A DNA stretch of 64,000 bases from an uncultured Actinomycetes bacterium (GCA_963755025.1 CAVWIH010000017.1:54078-118077); one strand, 5' to 3'; positions 11,355-22,190 are shown, numbered from the stretch's first letter. The notes: generated by a model not told the origin, from the letters alone. Numbers and translations: made by a program.

Positions 11355-12335
11355 GTGGTCGTGAGCACACGTTTCAGGGTCGTCTTCGTCTTTTCGCTCC
11401 TGTCGACCCTTCTCCTTCTCGTCGTGCCGTCGGCCGCTCAGGCAAGCGCCCTGAGCGCCGAACAGGCACAGGCGCGCCAAGCCGCCGCGCAGGTCGCTGC
11501 GCTCGACCGCCGCCTCGACCAGACGGTGGGCGCCTACGCCGCCGCCGCCGCGCACCTGCAGACGCTGCAGGCGCAGGCCCAGGCCAACCGCGCCGCGCTG
11601 CGCCTCGACCAGTATCAGCTGGGCGTCGCCCGGCAGCAGCTCGCCGACCATCTCGTGCTCGCCTACAAAGACGGCGACGCCGGGCTGCTGAACGTCGTGC
11701 TACAAACGGCCACCTTCGACCAGTTGCTCACCAAGCTCGACTACGTGCAGCACCTCACCGGCAGCGACGCCGGGCTGGTGCAGGCCATCGAGCTGCGCCA
11801 CCGCCAGGTGGTGGCCGAGCGCGCCGGGCTGCAAACGGCGCTGGCGTCGGCCCAGCAGACCGCCGCCCAGCTCGCCACGCAGCGCAGCCGACTCTACGCT
11901 CAGCTCGGCCAGCGGCGGGCGTTGCTGCACGGGCTGAACGCCACGGTCGCCGTGCTCGTCACCAAGACCAAGGCCGTCACCCCGGTCGCGAGCGCCGCCA
12001 AGACGGCGGGCACGCCGCCGTCGACCGCCGGCGACGGCGCCGGCCCCTGGTGGACGCTGATCAAGTCGGCGGCCGCCTCCAACGGTATCTGGGCCGAGGG
12101 CCTCTACCGCCTCATGATGGCCGAGTCGGGCGGCGTGACGACGGCCTCCAACGGGGTCGACATGGGCCTCTTCCAGTACTCGTCGGCCACCTGGAGTGGT
12201 TCGTGGAACCCCTGGCATGCCGCCGGCATCTACGACGGCGCCGCCCAGATCAAAGCCACCGCCCTCGCCATCCACCTGGGCGACGGCCCCTCGTGGTGGC
12301 CCACCACCTACGCCTGGGCCTTCTCCCGCCAGTAG
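11355..12335 (+). CDS. Secreted PcsB-like coiled-coil protein with C-terminal lysozyme-like/lytic transglycosylase domain
   Basis: Signal peptide ending AQA, long coiled coil, MMAESGG...GLFQY..TW catalytic motif. Confidence 0.75.
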   Translation: MVVSTRFRVVFVFSLLSTLLLLVVPSAAQASALSAEQAQARQAAAQVAALDRRLDQTVGAYAAAAAHLQTLQAQAQANRAALRLDQYQLGVARQQLADHLVLAYKDGDAGLLNVVLQTATFDQLLTKLDYVQHLTGSDAGLVQAIELRHRQVVAERAGLQTALASAQQTAAQLATQRSRLYAQLGQRRALLHGLNATVAVLVTKTKAVTPVASAAKTAGTPPSTAGDGAGPWWTLIKSAAASNGIWAEGLYRLMMAESGGVTTASNGVDMGLFQYSSATWSGSWNPWHAAGIYDGAAQIKATALAIHLGDGPSWWPTTYAWAFSRQ

Positions 12336-12337
12336 CC

Positions 12338-12422
12338 CGCCGCCTTCGCCGCCCGTCCGCGGCTCGTCGCTCACTCGCCGCCTACGCCGCCCGTCCGCGG
12401 CTCGTCGCTCACTCGCCGCCGC
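12338..12422. repeat. 38-bp tandem direct repeat (about 2.2 copies)
   Basis: cgccgcccgtccgcggctcgtcgctcactcgccgcc at 12347 and 12385. Confidence 0.85.
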
Positions 12423-12641
12423 CTGCTGCGTTCGCGGCCCCTCACACCGCCGTCGTCCCTCGCCGGGAGCCTCCGCTCGCCTGAGCCGGCCCCGCGCCGC
12501 ACCGGCACAGCAGTTTCGACATCGGTCCGCCCGGACACTGAAAGACGAAAACCAGCAGCGGCGATCGCGTGAGCCGGCGGCAGAACAGGCGGGCCTTGGC
12601 GGGCCACGAGACGCGACCACGGCGCGCGACAAGGAGGCACG

Positions 12642-14711
12642 ATGAGCCTTCAGTCCCGAGACAGGACCAAGACCTTCGAGCAGACCTGCATCGACACCAT
12701 CCGTTTTCTGGCGGTCGACGCTGTGCAGAAGGCCAACTCCGGCCACCCCGGCATGCCGATGGGCTTCGCCCCCGTGGCGCACGTGCTGTGGACCCGCCAC
12801 CTCAAGTACGACGCGGCGCACCCCGAGTGGCCCGACCGCGACCGCTTCATCCTGTCGGCCGGCCACGGCAGCATGCTCCTTTACAGCATGCTCTACCTCA
12901 CCGGCTACGGCCTGACGATCGACGACCTCAAGCGCTTCCGCCAGCTCGGCAGCCGCACGCCGGGGCACCCCGAGTACCGCGACGCCCCCGGGATCGAGAC
13001 CACGACCGGGCCGCTCGGGCAGGGCTTCGGCAACGCCGTGGGCATGGCCGTGGCCGAGGCGTTCCTCGGCGGCACCTTCAACGACTCGGCCACGACGGTC
13101 GTCGACCACTACACCTACGCGATCGCCAGCGACGGCGACCTCATGGAGGGCGTCGCCTCGGAGGCGGCGTCGCTGGCCGGTCACCTTGGGCTGGGCAAGC
13201 TCATCGTGCTCTACGACGACAACCTGATCTCGCTCGACGGTCCCACCGAGATGGCCTTCACCGAGGACCGCATGGCGCGCTTCGCCGCCTACGACTGGCA
13301 CACCCAGACCGTGTCCGACGCCAACGACCTCGACGCCCTCGACGCCGCCATCGCGGCCGCCAAGGCCGAGACCGGGCGGCCCTCGATCATCGCCGTGCGC
13401 TCGCACATCGGCTACGGCTCGCCGCACCTGCAGGACACCTCGAAGGCCCACGGCGCGGCGCTCGGCGTCGACGAGGTGAAGGCCACCAAAGCGAACCTCG
13501 ACTGGCCACTCGAACCCGACTTCTACGTGCCCGACGACGTGCTCGCCTTCTATCGCGAGGCCGGCGTGCGCGGCGGCGCCGCGCGGCGCGCCTGGGACGA
13601 GCGCGTCGCGGCGTGGCGCGCGGCCGCGCCCGACGCCGCCGAGCGCTGGGATCGCGCCTGGCGGCGCGAGCCCGCCCCCGGCTGGGAGGCCGCCTTGCCC
13701 GCCTATGGCCTCGGCGACCCCGCCGTGGCCACGAGGGTCGTCTCGGGCGCCGTGATCAACGCCGTGGCGCCGTTCCTGCCCACCCTGATCGGCGGCTCGG
13801 CCGACCTCGCCACGTCGAACAACACGGCCATCAAAGGCGCCGAGGTGTTCGGCAAGGGGTCGCACGCGGGGCGCAACATCTGGTTCGGCGTGCGCGAGCA
13901 CGCCATGGCCGCGGCCTCGAACGGCTTGGCCCTGCACGGCGGCGTCATTCCCTACGCGGCCACCTTCTTTGTGTTCACCGACTACCAGCGTCCCGCGCTG
14001 CGCCTCGGCGCGCTCATGGGAGCGCCGGTGAAGTACGTCTTCACTCACGACAGCATCGGCCTTGGCGAAGACGGCCCCACGCATCAGCCGGTCGAGCACC
14101 TCGCCATCCTGCGGGCGACGCCCAACTTCACGGTGGTGCGGCCCGCCGACGCCACCGAGACCGTCGAAGCCTGGAAGTTCGCCCTGGCGGCGAACGGCGG
14201 GCCGGTCGGGCTTGTGCTCACGCGCCAGAAGCTGCCCGTCATCGACCGTACGCGCTACGCGCCCGCCGCGGGCCTCGCCCGCGGCGCGTACGTGCTGGCC
14301 GACGCGGGCGGCGCGGCGGCGGCGGGCGGCGCGGCGACGGGCGGCGGCGCGGCGACGGAGCCCGAGATCATCCTGATCGCCACCGGCAGCGAGGTGCACC
14401 TCGCCCTCGAGGCCCACGAGCGCCTGGTGGCCGAGGGCGTGCGCTCGCGAGTGGTGAGCATGCCCTGCCGCGACGTGTTCTTCGCCCAGGAGCCGGCGTA
14501 CCGCGACGCCGTGCTGCCGCCTCAGGTCGGGGCGCGCCTGTCGATCGAGGCGGCCGTCACCTTCGGCTGGCGCGACGTGGTCGGCGACCACGGGCAGTCG
14601 ATCGGGCTCGACCGGTTCGGCGCCTCGGCGCCGGCCGAGGACCTCTTCGAGACCTTCGGCTTCACCGCCGACAACGTCTACCTGCGCGCCAAGGCCCTGC
14701 TCGACGGGTGA
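12642..14711 (+). CDS. tkt: Transketolase (copy 2)
   Basis: Same motifs as copy 1; RBS AAGGAGG; first gene of the pentose-phosphate operon. Confidence 0.97.
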   Translation: MSLQSRDRTKTFEQTCIDTIRFLAVDAVQKANSGHPGMPMGFAPVAHVLWTRHLKYDAAHPEWPDRDRFILSAGHGSMLLYSMLYLTGYGLTIDDLKRFRQLGSRTPGHPEYRDAPGIETTTGPLGQGFGNAVGMAVAEAFLGGTFNDSATTVVDHYTYAIASDGDLMEGVASEAASLAGHLGLGKLIVLYDDNLISLDGPTEMAFTEDRMARFAAYDWHTQTVSDANDLDALDAAIAAAKAETGRPSIIAVRSHIGYGSPHLQDTSKAHGAALGVDEVKATKANLDWPLEPDFYVPDDVLAFYREAGVRGGAARRAWDERVAAWRAAAPDAAERWDRAWRREPAPGWEAALPAYGLGDPAVATRVVSGAVINAVAPFLPTLIGGSADLATSNNTAIKGAEVFGKGSHAGRNIWFGVREHAMAAASNGLALHGGVIPYAATFFVFTDYQRPALRLGALMGAPVKYVFTHDSIGLGEDGPTHQPVEHLAILRATPNFTVVRPADATETVEAWKFALAANGGPVGLVLTRQKLPVIDRTRYAPAAGLARGAYVLADAGGAAAAGGAATGGGAATEPEIILIATGSEVHLALEAHERLVAEGVRSRVVSMPCRDVFFAQEPAYRDAVLPPQVGARLSIEAAVTFGWRDVVGDHGQSIGLDRFGASAPAEDLFETFGFTADNVYLRAKALLDG

Positions 14712-14808
14712 TGGACGACCGCCGGCGCAGGCTCGGCGCGCCCACCGGCCGTGCGTGTAGCTCGCCCTGAAGGGGGGATAGTAAGGGCAGTACGGCCAGG
14801 GAGTGGAC

Positions 14809-15969
14809 ATGGCACACGACAACAGCAAACTTGCGGCGCTCTTAGACTTAGGACAGAGCGTCTGGCTCGACTTCATCAGCCGCGACCTCCTGCGGTCGGG
14901 CCGTCTCGACGAGCTCGTCTCGCAAGGCGTCGGCGGCATGACCACCAACCCCACCATCTTCGACAAGGCGATCGGCAAGGGCGACAGCTACGACCAGCAG
15001 ATCGAGGACGCGGTGGCGCACGGCCGGCCCACGGCCGAGATCGCCGACGCGCTCATCGTGGCCGACGTGCAGACGGCCTGCGACCTCATGCGTCCCGTCT
15101 ACGAGCACACCGGTCACCTCGACGGCTACGTCTCGATCGAAGTGTCGCCGGCGCTCGCCTACGACACGCGCAAGACGGTGAACGAGGCGCATCGGCTGCA
15201 CGGCGCCGTCGACCGGCCCAATCTCATGGTGAAGATCCCGGGCACACGACAGGGCCTGGCGGCCATCCGCCAGACGATCGCCGACGGCCTCGACGTCAAC
15301 GTCACGCTCCTGTTCGCGCTCGAGGTCTACGAAGGCGTGATCGACGCGTATCTCGGCGGGCTCGAGGACCGCGTCGCGCGCGGCGAGCCGATCGACGAGG
15401 TGCGCTCGGTGGCGAGCTTCTTCGTGTCGCGCGTCGACGTGAAGGCCGACCAGCAGATCGACGAGAAGCTCGCCGACCAGGCCGACCGCATCGTCGGCGC
15501 CCGCCTTGCGGGCCTCAAGGGCACGCTCGCCGTGGCCAACGCCAAGCTCGCCTACCGGCGTTTTCTCGAGATATCCTCGACGGAGCGCTGGCACAGGCTG
15601 GCCGAGCGCGGCGCCCAGGCCCAGCGTCTGCTGTGGGCCAGCACCGGCGCCAAGAACCCGGACTACGACGACCTGCTCTACGTCGACAACCTGATCGGAC
15701 CGCAGACGGTCAACACCATGCCCGAAGACACGTTGCAGGCGTTCCTCGACCACGGCGTCGTGCGCCGCACCGTCGACCAGGGTTTCGAAGAGGCGCGCGA
15801 CCGGCTCGAGCAGGCGGCGGCCTTGGGGATCGACATAGAGGCCATCACCGAGGCGCTGCAGACCGAGGGCGTGGCGCTCTTTCGCGACTCGTTCAAGGCG
15901 CTCCTCACGAGCGTCGACCGTAAGCGTCGTCACCTGCTCACCGGCAAAGAGGGGAGATTGAGTGCCTAA
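14809..15969 (+). CDS. tal: Transaldolase (actinobacterial/plant type)
   Basis: GQSVWLD, TTNPTIF, VSIEVSP, MVKIP, NVTLLF, SFFVSRVD, LLWASTG motifs. Confidence 0.95.
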   Translation: MAHDNSKLAALLDLGQSVWLDFISRDLLRSGRLDELVSQGVGGMTTNPTIFDKAIGKGDSYDQQIEDAVAHGRPTAEIADALIVADVQTACDLMRPVYEHTGHLDGYVSIEVSPALAYDTRKTVNEAHRLHGAVDRPNLMVKIPGTRQGLAAIRQTIADGLDVNVTLLFALEVYEGVIDAYLGGLEDRVARGEPIDEVRSVASFFVSRVDVKADQQIDEKLADQADRIVGARLAGLKGTLAVANAKLAYRRFLEISSTERWHRLAERGAQAQRLLWASTGAKNPDYDDLLYVDNLIGPQTVNTMPEDTLQAFLDHGVVRRTVDQGFEEARDRLEQAAALGIDIEAITEALQTEGVALFRDSFKALLTSVDRKRRHLLTGKEGRLSA

Positions 15970-17644
15970 CGACCCCGTGCTCGAGGCGATCAACCAGCGG
16001 CTCCAGGCGTTCGACGACGAGCGCTTCAGTGCGCGCCTCTTCGCGCACGACGCCACGCTCTGGAAAGACGATCCGCGGCACCGCGAGATCATCGGCAACG
16101 CGCTCGGCTGGCTGAGCGTCGCCGACGACATGCTGAGCAAGGCACCCGACCTGAGCGGCTTCGCCGCTCAGGTCGCATCTGAGGGCTACACCGACGCCGT
16201 GCTGCTGGGCATGGGCGGCTCGAGCCTGGCGCCCGAGGTGCTGAGCCGCACCTTCGCGCCCGCCGAGGGGGCGCTCCACCTGCGCATCTGCGACTCCACC
16301 GACCCCGCCGCGGTGCGCGCCATCGAGGCCGCCCTCGACCTCGAGCGCACCCTGTTCATCGTGTCGAGCAAGTCGGGGGGCACCACCGAGACGGCCTCGT
16401 TCCACGCCTACTTCTACGACCGCGTGCGCGAACGGCTCGGCGACGTCCAGGCGGGACGCCACTTCATCGCCATCACCGACCCCGACACCTCGCTGCACCA
16501 CGAGGCGCTGGCCCAGGACTTTCGCGCCGTCTTTCTGAACCCGCCCGACATCGGGGGGCGCTACTCGGCGCTGTCGTACTTCGGCCTCGTGCCGGCGGCC
16601 CTCACGGGGCTCGACGTGGGCCGCCTGCTCGAACGCGCCTCGCACGTGTCGGCCGTCTGCCGCGACGGCGTGCCGGCCCGCGAGCACCCCGCCTTCAAGG
16701 TGGGCGTCGCCCTCGGCGAGTTCGCCCGCGCCGGCCGTGACAAGGTGACCTTCCTGCTGTCGCCCTCGATCGCCTCGCTGGGCGCCTGGCTCGAGCAGTT
16801 GCTCGCCGAGAGCACCGGCAAAGAGGGCACAGGTCTCGTGCCCATCGACGGCGAACCTCCGGGCCCGCCGAGCGTCTACGGCGACGACCGTGTCTTCGTC
16901 TACCTGAACGTCGAAGGCGAGGCCGACGACCGTGCGGTGGGTGCGCTGCAGACGCTCGCCGAGGCCGGCCAGCCCACCATGACGCTGACGCTGCCCGACG
17001 TGTGGGACGTCGCCGCCGAGTTCGTGCGCTGGGAGATCGCCGTCGCCGCCGCCGGCGCCGTGCTGGGCATCGACCCCTTCGACCAGCCCAACGTGCAGGA
17101 GAGCAAAGACAACACGCGCCGCCTGCTCGGCGAGCTCGCCGCCGCCGGGCGGCTGCCCGACGTGCCGGCCGCGCCCGACGGCCGCCGCACGATGGTGACG
17201 GTCGACGACCCGGGCCTGTCGGGCGCGTTGCGCGAGCTGCTGACCACGGTGCGGCCGGGCGACTACGTCGCGCTGCAGGCCTACCTGCCGCCGGCCGAGC
17301 CTCATCAGCGCATCCTGCAGGGGGTCCGAGTGCTGCTGCGCGATCGGCTGCGCGTGGCCACCACCCTGGGCTACGGGCCGCGCTTCCTGCACTCGACCGG
17401 GCAGCTCCACAAGGGCGGCAAGCCGAGCGGCGTGTTCCTGCAGCTCACCTGCTCGCAACAGCAGGACCTGGCGATCCCCGGACAGCCCTACACGTTCGGG
17501 CAGCTCAAGCAGGCCCAGGCGCGCGGCGACCTCGAAGCCCTCACGTCGCGTGGGCTGCGCGTGCTGTCGGTCGACCTGGGGCGCGACCCGCTGCCCGGCC
17601 TCACCACCTTCGGCGGCGTCGTCGCCGAGTTGCTGCGGAGCTGA
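15962..17644 (+). CDS. pgi: Glucose-6-phosphate isomerase
   Basis: GMGGSSL, SKSGGT.ET, GGRYSAL, QLLAESTGK, PFDQPNVQESK, HSTGQLHKGG motifs. Confidence 0.93.
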   Translation: MPNDPVLEAINQRLQAFDDERFSARLFAHDATLWKDDPRHREIIGNALGWLSVADDMLSKAPDLSGFAAQVASEGYTDAVLLGMGGSSLAPEVLSRTFAPAEGALHLRICDSTDPAAVRAIEAALDLERTLFIVSSKSGGTTETASFHAYFYDRVRERLGDVQAGRHFIAITDPDTSLHHEALAQDFRAVFLNPPDIGGRYSALSYFGLVPAALTGLDVGRLLERASHVSAVCRDGVPAREHPAFKVGVALGEFARAGRDKVTFLLSPSIASLGAWLEQLLAESTGKEGTGLVPIDGEPPGPPSVYGDDRVFVYLNVEGEADDRAVGALQTLAEAGQPTMTLTLPDVWDVAAEFVRWEIAVAAAGAVLGIDPFDQPNVQESKDNTRRLLGELAAAGRLPDVPAAPDGRRTMVTVDDPGLSGALRELLTTVRPGDYVALQAYLPPAEPHQRILQGVRVLLRDRLRVATTLGYGPRFLHSTGQLHKGGKPSGVFLQLTCSQQQDLAIPGQPYTFGQLKQAQARGDLEALTSRGLRVLSVDLGRDPLPGLTTFGGVVAELLRS

Positions 17645-17732
17645 TCACACAAGGAGAACGGCGACGGCGGACCGGAGTGCCCGCAGCCGCTCACGGCCCG
17701 AACGCTTGAACACAAACGAAGGAGACAGGCAC

Positions 17733-18632
17733 ATGGAACTGGCGATGGTCGGTCTGGGACGCATGGGCGGCAACATGGCCCGGCGGCTGCTGCGCGGGGG
17801 CCATCGGGTCGTCGTGTGGAACCGCACGTACGCAAAGGCCCAGGAGCTCGAAAGCGAGGGCGCCGAGGCGGTCGAGCGGCTCGAGGACGTGCCCGGCAAG
17901 CTGAGCGAGCCGCGCGCCATCTGGTTCATGCTGCCCTATGGGGCGCCGACCGACGAGGCCATCGACACGCTCGTCCCCCTGCTCGCCAAGAACGACATCG
18001 TGATCGACGGCGGCAACTCGCCCTTCCAGCACGACGTCGAGCGCGGCGCCCGCCTCGAGAAGCTCGGCCTGCGCTACCTCGACGCCGGCACGAGCGGCGG
18101 CGTCTGGGGTCTCGACGTGGGCTACTGCCTCATGGTGGGCGGCGACCGCAGCGCCTTCGAGCAGATCGAGCCCGCCCTGGCCACGCTGGCGCCCCCCGGC
18201 CACGGCTACGGCTACATGGGCGGCCACGGCGCCGGCCACTTCGTGAAGATGGTCCACAACGGCATCGAATACGGCATGATGCAGGCCTACGGCGAGGGGT
18301 TCGAGCTGCTCAAGGAGAGCGGCTACGACCTCGACCTCGGGGCCATCGCCGACCTCTGGAACCAGGGCAGCGTGGTGCGCTCGTGGCTGCTCGAGCTGGC
18401 CGTCGACGCCTTCGCCAAAGACCCGGGGCTCGAACAGATCACGGGCTACGTCGACGACACCGGCGAGGGCCGCTGGACCGTGCAGCAGGCCATCGAGCGC
18501 GGCGTGCCCATGCCCGTCATCGCCGAGTCGCTGTTCGCGCGCTTCCGCTCGCGGCAGACCGACTCGTTTTCGGGCAAGGTGCTGGCCGCGTTGCGCAACG
18601 AGTTCGGCGGTCACGCGGTGAAGTTCAAGTGA
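17733..18632 (+). CDS. gnd: Decarboxylating 6-phosphogluconate dehydrogenase (short type)
   Basis: GLGRMG, DGGN, SGGVWG, KMVHNGIEYG, RNEFGGH motifs. Confidence 0.95.
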   Translation: MELAMVGLGRMGGNMARRLLRGGHRVVVWNRTYAKAQELESEGAEAVERLEDVPGKLSEPRAIWFMLPYGAPTDEAIDTLVPLLAKNDIVIDGGNSPFQHDVERGARLEKLGLRYLDAGTSGGVWGLDVGYCLMVGGDRSAFEQIEPALATLAPPGHGYGYMGGHGAGHFVKMVHNGIEYGMMQAYGEGFELLKESGYDLDLGAIADLWNQGSVVRSWLLELAVDAFAKDPGLEQITGYVDDTGEGRWTVQQAIERGVPMPVIAESLFARFRSRQTDSFSGKVLAALRNEFGGHAVKFK

Positions 18633-18666
18633 CGGCGCCGCGCCGCATGCGTCCGGACGGCCGACC

Positions 18667-20277
18667 GTGAGCGACCTCAACTACGACGAGAAGGGCACGA
18701 GCCTGCGCGAGGCGCCCAGCTCGTCTCCGGTCGAATCGCCCCTCGACATAGGCCACCGGCCGGAGCCCTGCACCGTGGTGCTCTTCGGGGTGACCGGCGA
18801 TCTCGCCAGCCGCAAGCTGCTCCCGGCGCTCTACGACCTCGCCTGCCACGACGTCCTGCCGCGCGGCTTCTCGATCGTCGGCTACGGCCGCAAGCCCATG
18901 ACCGACGGCGAGATGCGACAGCTGTCGAGCGGGGCCATCGACAGCTTCTTCGGCGAGGGCACTGCCGAGACGCGCACCTGCAACGACGTGCTGCGCGACG
19001 TGCACTACGTGCAGGGCGAGTTCCACGACCCCGAGGGCTACCAGCGCCTGGCCGAGGCGCTCACCAGGCTCGACGAGAAGAACCACACCGGCAACCGCAT
19101 CTTCTACCTGGCCACGCCGCCGAGCCTGTTCCCGGTGATCATCGAGCGCCTCGGCGCGGCCGGGCTCAACAGGGGCGGCGTGCCCGGGGCGCGGGCAAAC
19201 GACGGCGGCGATCCCGGCTGGGTGCGCTGCGTGATCGAAAAGCCGTTCGGCAGCGACCTGCAGAGCGCCCTGTCGTTGAACGCCGTGGTGCGCTCCGTGT
19301 TCGACGAACGGCAGGTCTACCGCATCGACCACTACCTGGCCAAAGAGACCGTGCAGAACATCCTGGTCTTTCGCTTTGCCAACGGCATCTTCGAGCCCAT
19401 CTGGAACCGCCGCTACATCGACCACGTGCAGATCACCGCGGCCGAGACCCTGGGCGTGGAGCACCGCGGCGCCTACTACGAAGAGGCCGGCGCGCTGCGC
19501 GACATGATCCAGAACCACCTGCTGCAGCTCGTCACCATGACGGCCATGGAGCCGCCGGTCGCCTTCGACGCCGACGCCGTGCGCGACGAGAAGGCCAAGG
19601 TGCTGCACGCCGTGCGGCCCATCCCCGTGGAGCGCGTCGACCAGTTCGCGGTGCGCGGCCAGTACGTGCAGGGCAGCGTCGACGGCGCCCGGCGTGCCGG
19701 CTATCGGCAAGAGGAGCGCGTGGCGCCCGACTCCACGACCGAGACCTTCGCCGCGGTCAAGTTCCTGATCGACAACTGGCGCTGGCAGGGCGTGCCCTTC
19801 TACGTGCGCACCGGCAAGCGGCTGCCGCACCACGTCACCGAGATCGCCATCCAGTTCAAGCGCCCGCCGTACCTGCTGTTCCGCGAGGTCGACATTCCCG
19901 GCGGACGTGTGCCGCCCAACGACCTCATCATGCGCATCCAGCCCGAAGAGGGCCTGGCCCTGAACATCGAGGCCAAGGTCCCCGGCCCCGAGATCCGCCT
20001 GCAGCCGGTGGCCATGAACTTCAGCTACGGCTCCGGGCTCGAGGAGCTGCCCTTCAGCGCCTACGAGACGCTGCTGCTCGACTGCATGGTGGGCGACCAG
20101 ACGCTGTTCAACCGCGACGACCAGGTCGAAGAGGCCTGGCGGGTGGTCGACCCCATCCTCGACGCCTGGCACAACGCGCCCGACCAGAGCGTGATGATCT
20201 ACGAGGCGGGCACCTGGGGCCCCGAGGCCGCCGACACCCTGGTGGCCAACGACGGCCACGTCTGGCGGCGCCCGTGA
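18667..20277 (+). CDS. zwf: Glucose-6-phosphate dehydrogenase
   Basis: GVTGDLA, EKPFG, RIDHYLAKE, DMIQNHL motifs. Confidence 0.97.
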   Translation: MSDLNYDEKGTSLREAPSSSPVESPLDIGHRPEPCTVVLFGVTGDLASRKLLPALYDLACHDVLPRGFSIVGYGRKPMTDGEMRQLSSGAIDSFFGEGTAETRTCNDVLRDVHYVQGEFHDPEGYQRLAEALTRLDEKNHTGNRIFYLATPPSLFPVIIERLGAAGLNRGGVPGARANDGGDPGWVRCVIEKPFGSDLQSALSLNAVVRSVFDERQVYRIDHYLAKETVQNILVFRFANGIFEPIWNRRYIDHVQITAAETLGVEHRGAYYEEAGALRDMIQNHLLQLVTMTAMEPPVAFDADAVRDEKAKVLHAVRPIPVERVDQFAVRGQYVQGSVDGARRAGYRQEERVAPDSTTETFAAVKFLIDNWRWQGVPFYVRTGKRLPHHVTEIAIQFKRPPYLLFREVDIPGGRVPPNDLIMRIQPEEGLALNIEAKVPGPEIRLQPVAMNFSYGSGLEELPFSAYETLLLDCMVGDQTLFNRDDQVEEAWRVVDPILDAWHNAPDQSVMIYEAGTWGPEAADTLVANDGHVWRRP

Positions 20278-20308
20278 GCGCCGCCTCGACACTCGAAAGG
20301 CGGTCCTG

Positions 20309-21079
20309 ATGGCCCGAGCTGCGATAGAAGTGCTGCCCGACACAGACGCGGTCGCACGGCGCGGCGCCGACCTGTTCGCCCTGGCCGCCCAGGAGGCGGC
20401 CGCGGCGCGCCCGGCGTTCACCGCGGCGCTCAGCGGCGGCGACGCGCCGCGCCCGATGTTCGCCATGCTCGCCCGCCAGCAGTTCGCGCAAAAGATCCCC
20501 TGGCGGCGCGTGCACCTCTACTGGGGCGACGAGCGCTGCGTGCCGCCCGACGACGAGGCCAGCAACTACGGCATGGCCTACCAGGCCTTCATCCGTCACG
20601 TGCCGATCCCCGACGACAACGTGCACCGCATGCACGGCGAGGACGAGCCCGACGAGGCGGCGAGGGCCTACGAGCGGCTGCTCTCGCAGCCGCCCGCCCT
20701 CGCCGCCTCGTCGAAGGCCGACCTGCCGGTCCTCGACTTCGTGCTGCTTGGCCTGGGCCCCGACGGCCACACCGCCTCGCTGTTCCCGCACTCGCCGGGC
20801 CTCGGCGTCGAAGACCGGCTGGTCGTCGTGAACGAGGGTGAGGGCACGGGGAAGAGGCTGACCGTGACCTACCCGGTGATCAACGCCGCGCGCCGCGTGC
20901 TGTTCGTCGTCACCGGCGCCGCCAAGGCGGGCATGATCGCCGAGGTGCTCGAGGGCCTGCGCGTCCCCGACGCCGTTCCCGCCCAGGCCGTCGCCCCGGT
21001 GCACGGCTCGGTCACGTGGCTGCTCGACAGGGCCGCCGCCGCCGAGCTGAGCGAACAGCAGGTGGCTGAGGGGCGCTGA
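20309..21079 (+). CDS. pgl: 6-phosphogluconolactonase
   Basis: LSGG, WGDERCVP, SNY, LLGLGPDGHTASLFP motifs. Confidence 0.95.
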   Translation: MARAAIEVLPDTDAVARRGADLFALAAQEAAAARPAFTAALSGGDAPRPMFAMLARQQFAQKIPWRRVHLYWGDERCVPPDDEASNYGMAYQAFIRHVPIPDDNVHRMHGEDEPDEAARAYERLLSQPPALAASSKADLPVLDFVLLGLGPDGHTASLFPHSPGLGVEDRLVVVNEGEGTGKRLTVTYPVINAARRVLFVVTGAAKAGMIAEVLEGLRVPDAVPAQAVAPVHGSVTWLLDRAAAAELSEQQVAEGR

Positions 21080-21098
21080 GGCGGGGTATCCTTGCCGT

Positions 21099-21478
21099 GC
21101 AAGCCAGGTGGCCGCGGTCGGTCCGCGTCGCGTCGCTTTTCGTAAGCGCGCGAGGCGATCGGTCGAGGAAAGTCCGGACACCGCAGAGCAGGGCGCTGGA
21201 TAACGTCCAGGCGGCGCAAGCCGACGGACAGCGCAACAGAAAGCAGACCGCCAACGGCCCCTTCGGGGGTGCGGGCAAGGGTGAAACGGTGAGGTAAGAG
21301 CTCACCAGCGGTCCTGGTGACAGGCCGGCTCGGCAAGCCCCGCCCGGTGCAAGACCAAATAGGGAAGCGTTCGAGGGCTGCTCGTCCGAAGCTTCCGGGT
21401 TGGTCGCAACGAGCCTCACGGCGACGTGGGGCCCAGATGGATGGCCACTCAACGACAGAATCCGGCTTATCGGCTTGC
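21099..21478 (+). ncRNA. rnpB: RNase P RNA (bacterial type A)
   Basis: GAGGAAAGTCC at 21165, AGGGTGAAACGG, GGTAAGAGC, ACAGAATCCGGCTTA. P1 pairing gcaagcc / ggcttgc; -10 TATCCT at 21087. Confidence 0.97.
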
Positions 21479-21482
21479 CGAC

Positions 21483-21520
21483 GAAAGCCCCGCCGCTCAG
21501 CTGACGGCGGGGCTTTCTCG
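21483..21520 (+). terminator. rnpB terminator
   Basis: gaaagccccgccg...cggcggggctttctcg. Confidence 0.8.
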
Positions 21521-21600
21521 TTGCCGACTTCGTTCGATTTGTGCCGTCGGCACGCGCGACGTATCCTTGGCGACAGGTAACCGACCCCCAAGGAGGCGAC

Positions 21601-21978
21601 GTGGCCCGCCCACTGACCCCCGACGAACTGACCCGCTACCCGTGGGCCACGCAGATCAGCGACTACGTCCCCGTGGGGCGGCTGCGCGCGATCGGTGTGC
21701 TCGTCGGCATCGCCGGCTTCATCGTGCTGCTCCTCGGTGCGCTCGTGTCGGTGGCCGCGGCGCAGAACGTGCACCATGCGGTGGCCATGAACCACCTGGC
21801 CACCAAGCTCGGTGTCTACCTCGGCCTGGCTCTCACCATCGTGGCCGCGGTGATCGGCGTCGTCACCCTCGTGCAGGGGCTCCTCAAGCGTGGCTCGCTG
21901 ACGCTCGTGGTCTGGTCGGTCATCGCCATCGCGCCGGCCGTCCTCATGTTCCTGGTGATCCGCCCCATGATCCACTAG
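21601..21978 (+). CDS. Small membrane protein (3 TM)
   Basis: AAGGAGG RBS before GTG 21601; three hydrophobic segments. Confidence 0.7.
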   Translation: MARPLTPDELTRYPWATQISDYVPVGRLRAIGVLVGIAGFIVLLLGALVSVAAAQNVHHAVAMNHLATKLGVYLGLALTIVAAVIGVVTLVQGLLKRGSLTLVVWSVIAIAPAVLMFLVIRPMIH

Positions 21979-22140
21979 GCGCGCCACGAAGTCACGCCCG
22001 CCTGAGCGGCGATGACGAAGTCGATCGACGGACTAGGCGCGGCACGAAGTCACGCCCGCCTGAGCGGCGATGACGAAGTCGATCGACGGACTAGGCGCGC
22101 CACGAAGTCACGCCAGCCTGGCGGCGTGACGAGTCGACGA
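21974..22140. repeat. 58-bp tandem repeat (about 2.8 copies)
   Basis: ctaggcgcg(c/g)cacgaagtcacgcccgcctgagcggcgatgacgaagtcgatcgacgga at 21975 and 22033; degenerate third copy at 22091. Confidence 0.9.
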
Positions 22141-22190
22141 CCGCGCGCTCACCCTCCGTCCCCGCCGCCTGCTAGCCTAGGCGCACGCCC

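Noticed and set aside
11700-14978. Long antisense and alternate-frame ORFs (e.g. 1092, 1057, 921 aa)
   Set aside because: They are shadows of real genes caused by extreme GC3 bias; Arg/Ala/Gly-rich with no motifs.
21974-22140. CRISPR array
   Set aside because: The units are contiguous near-identical 58-mers with no unique spacers, and no cas genes are present. The AddB nuclease is only Cas4-like by fold.
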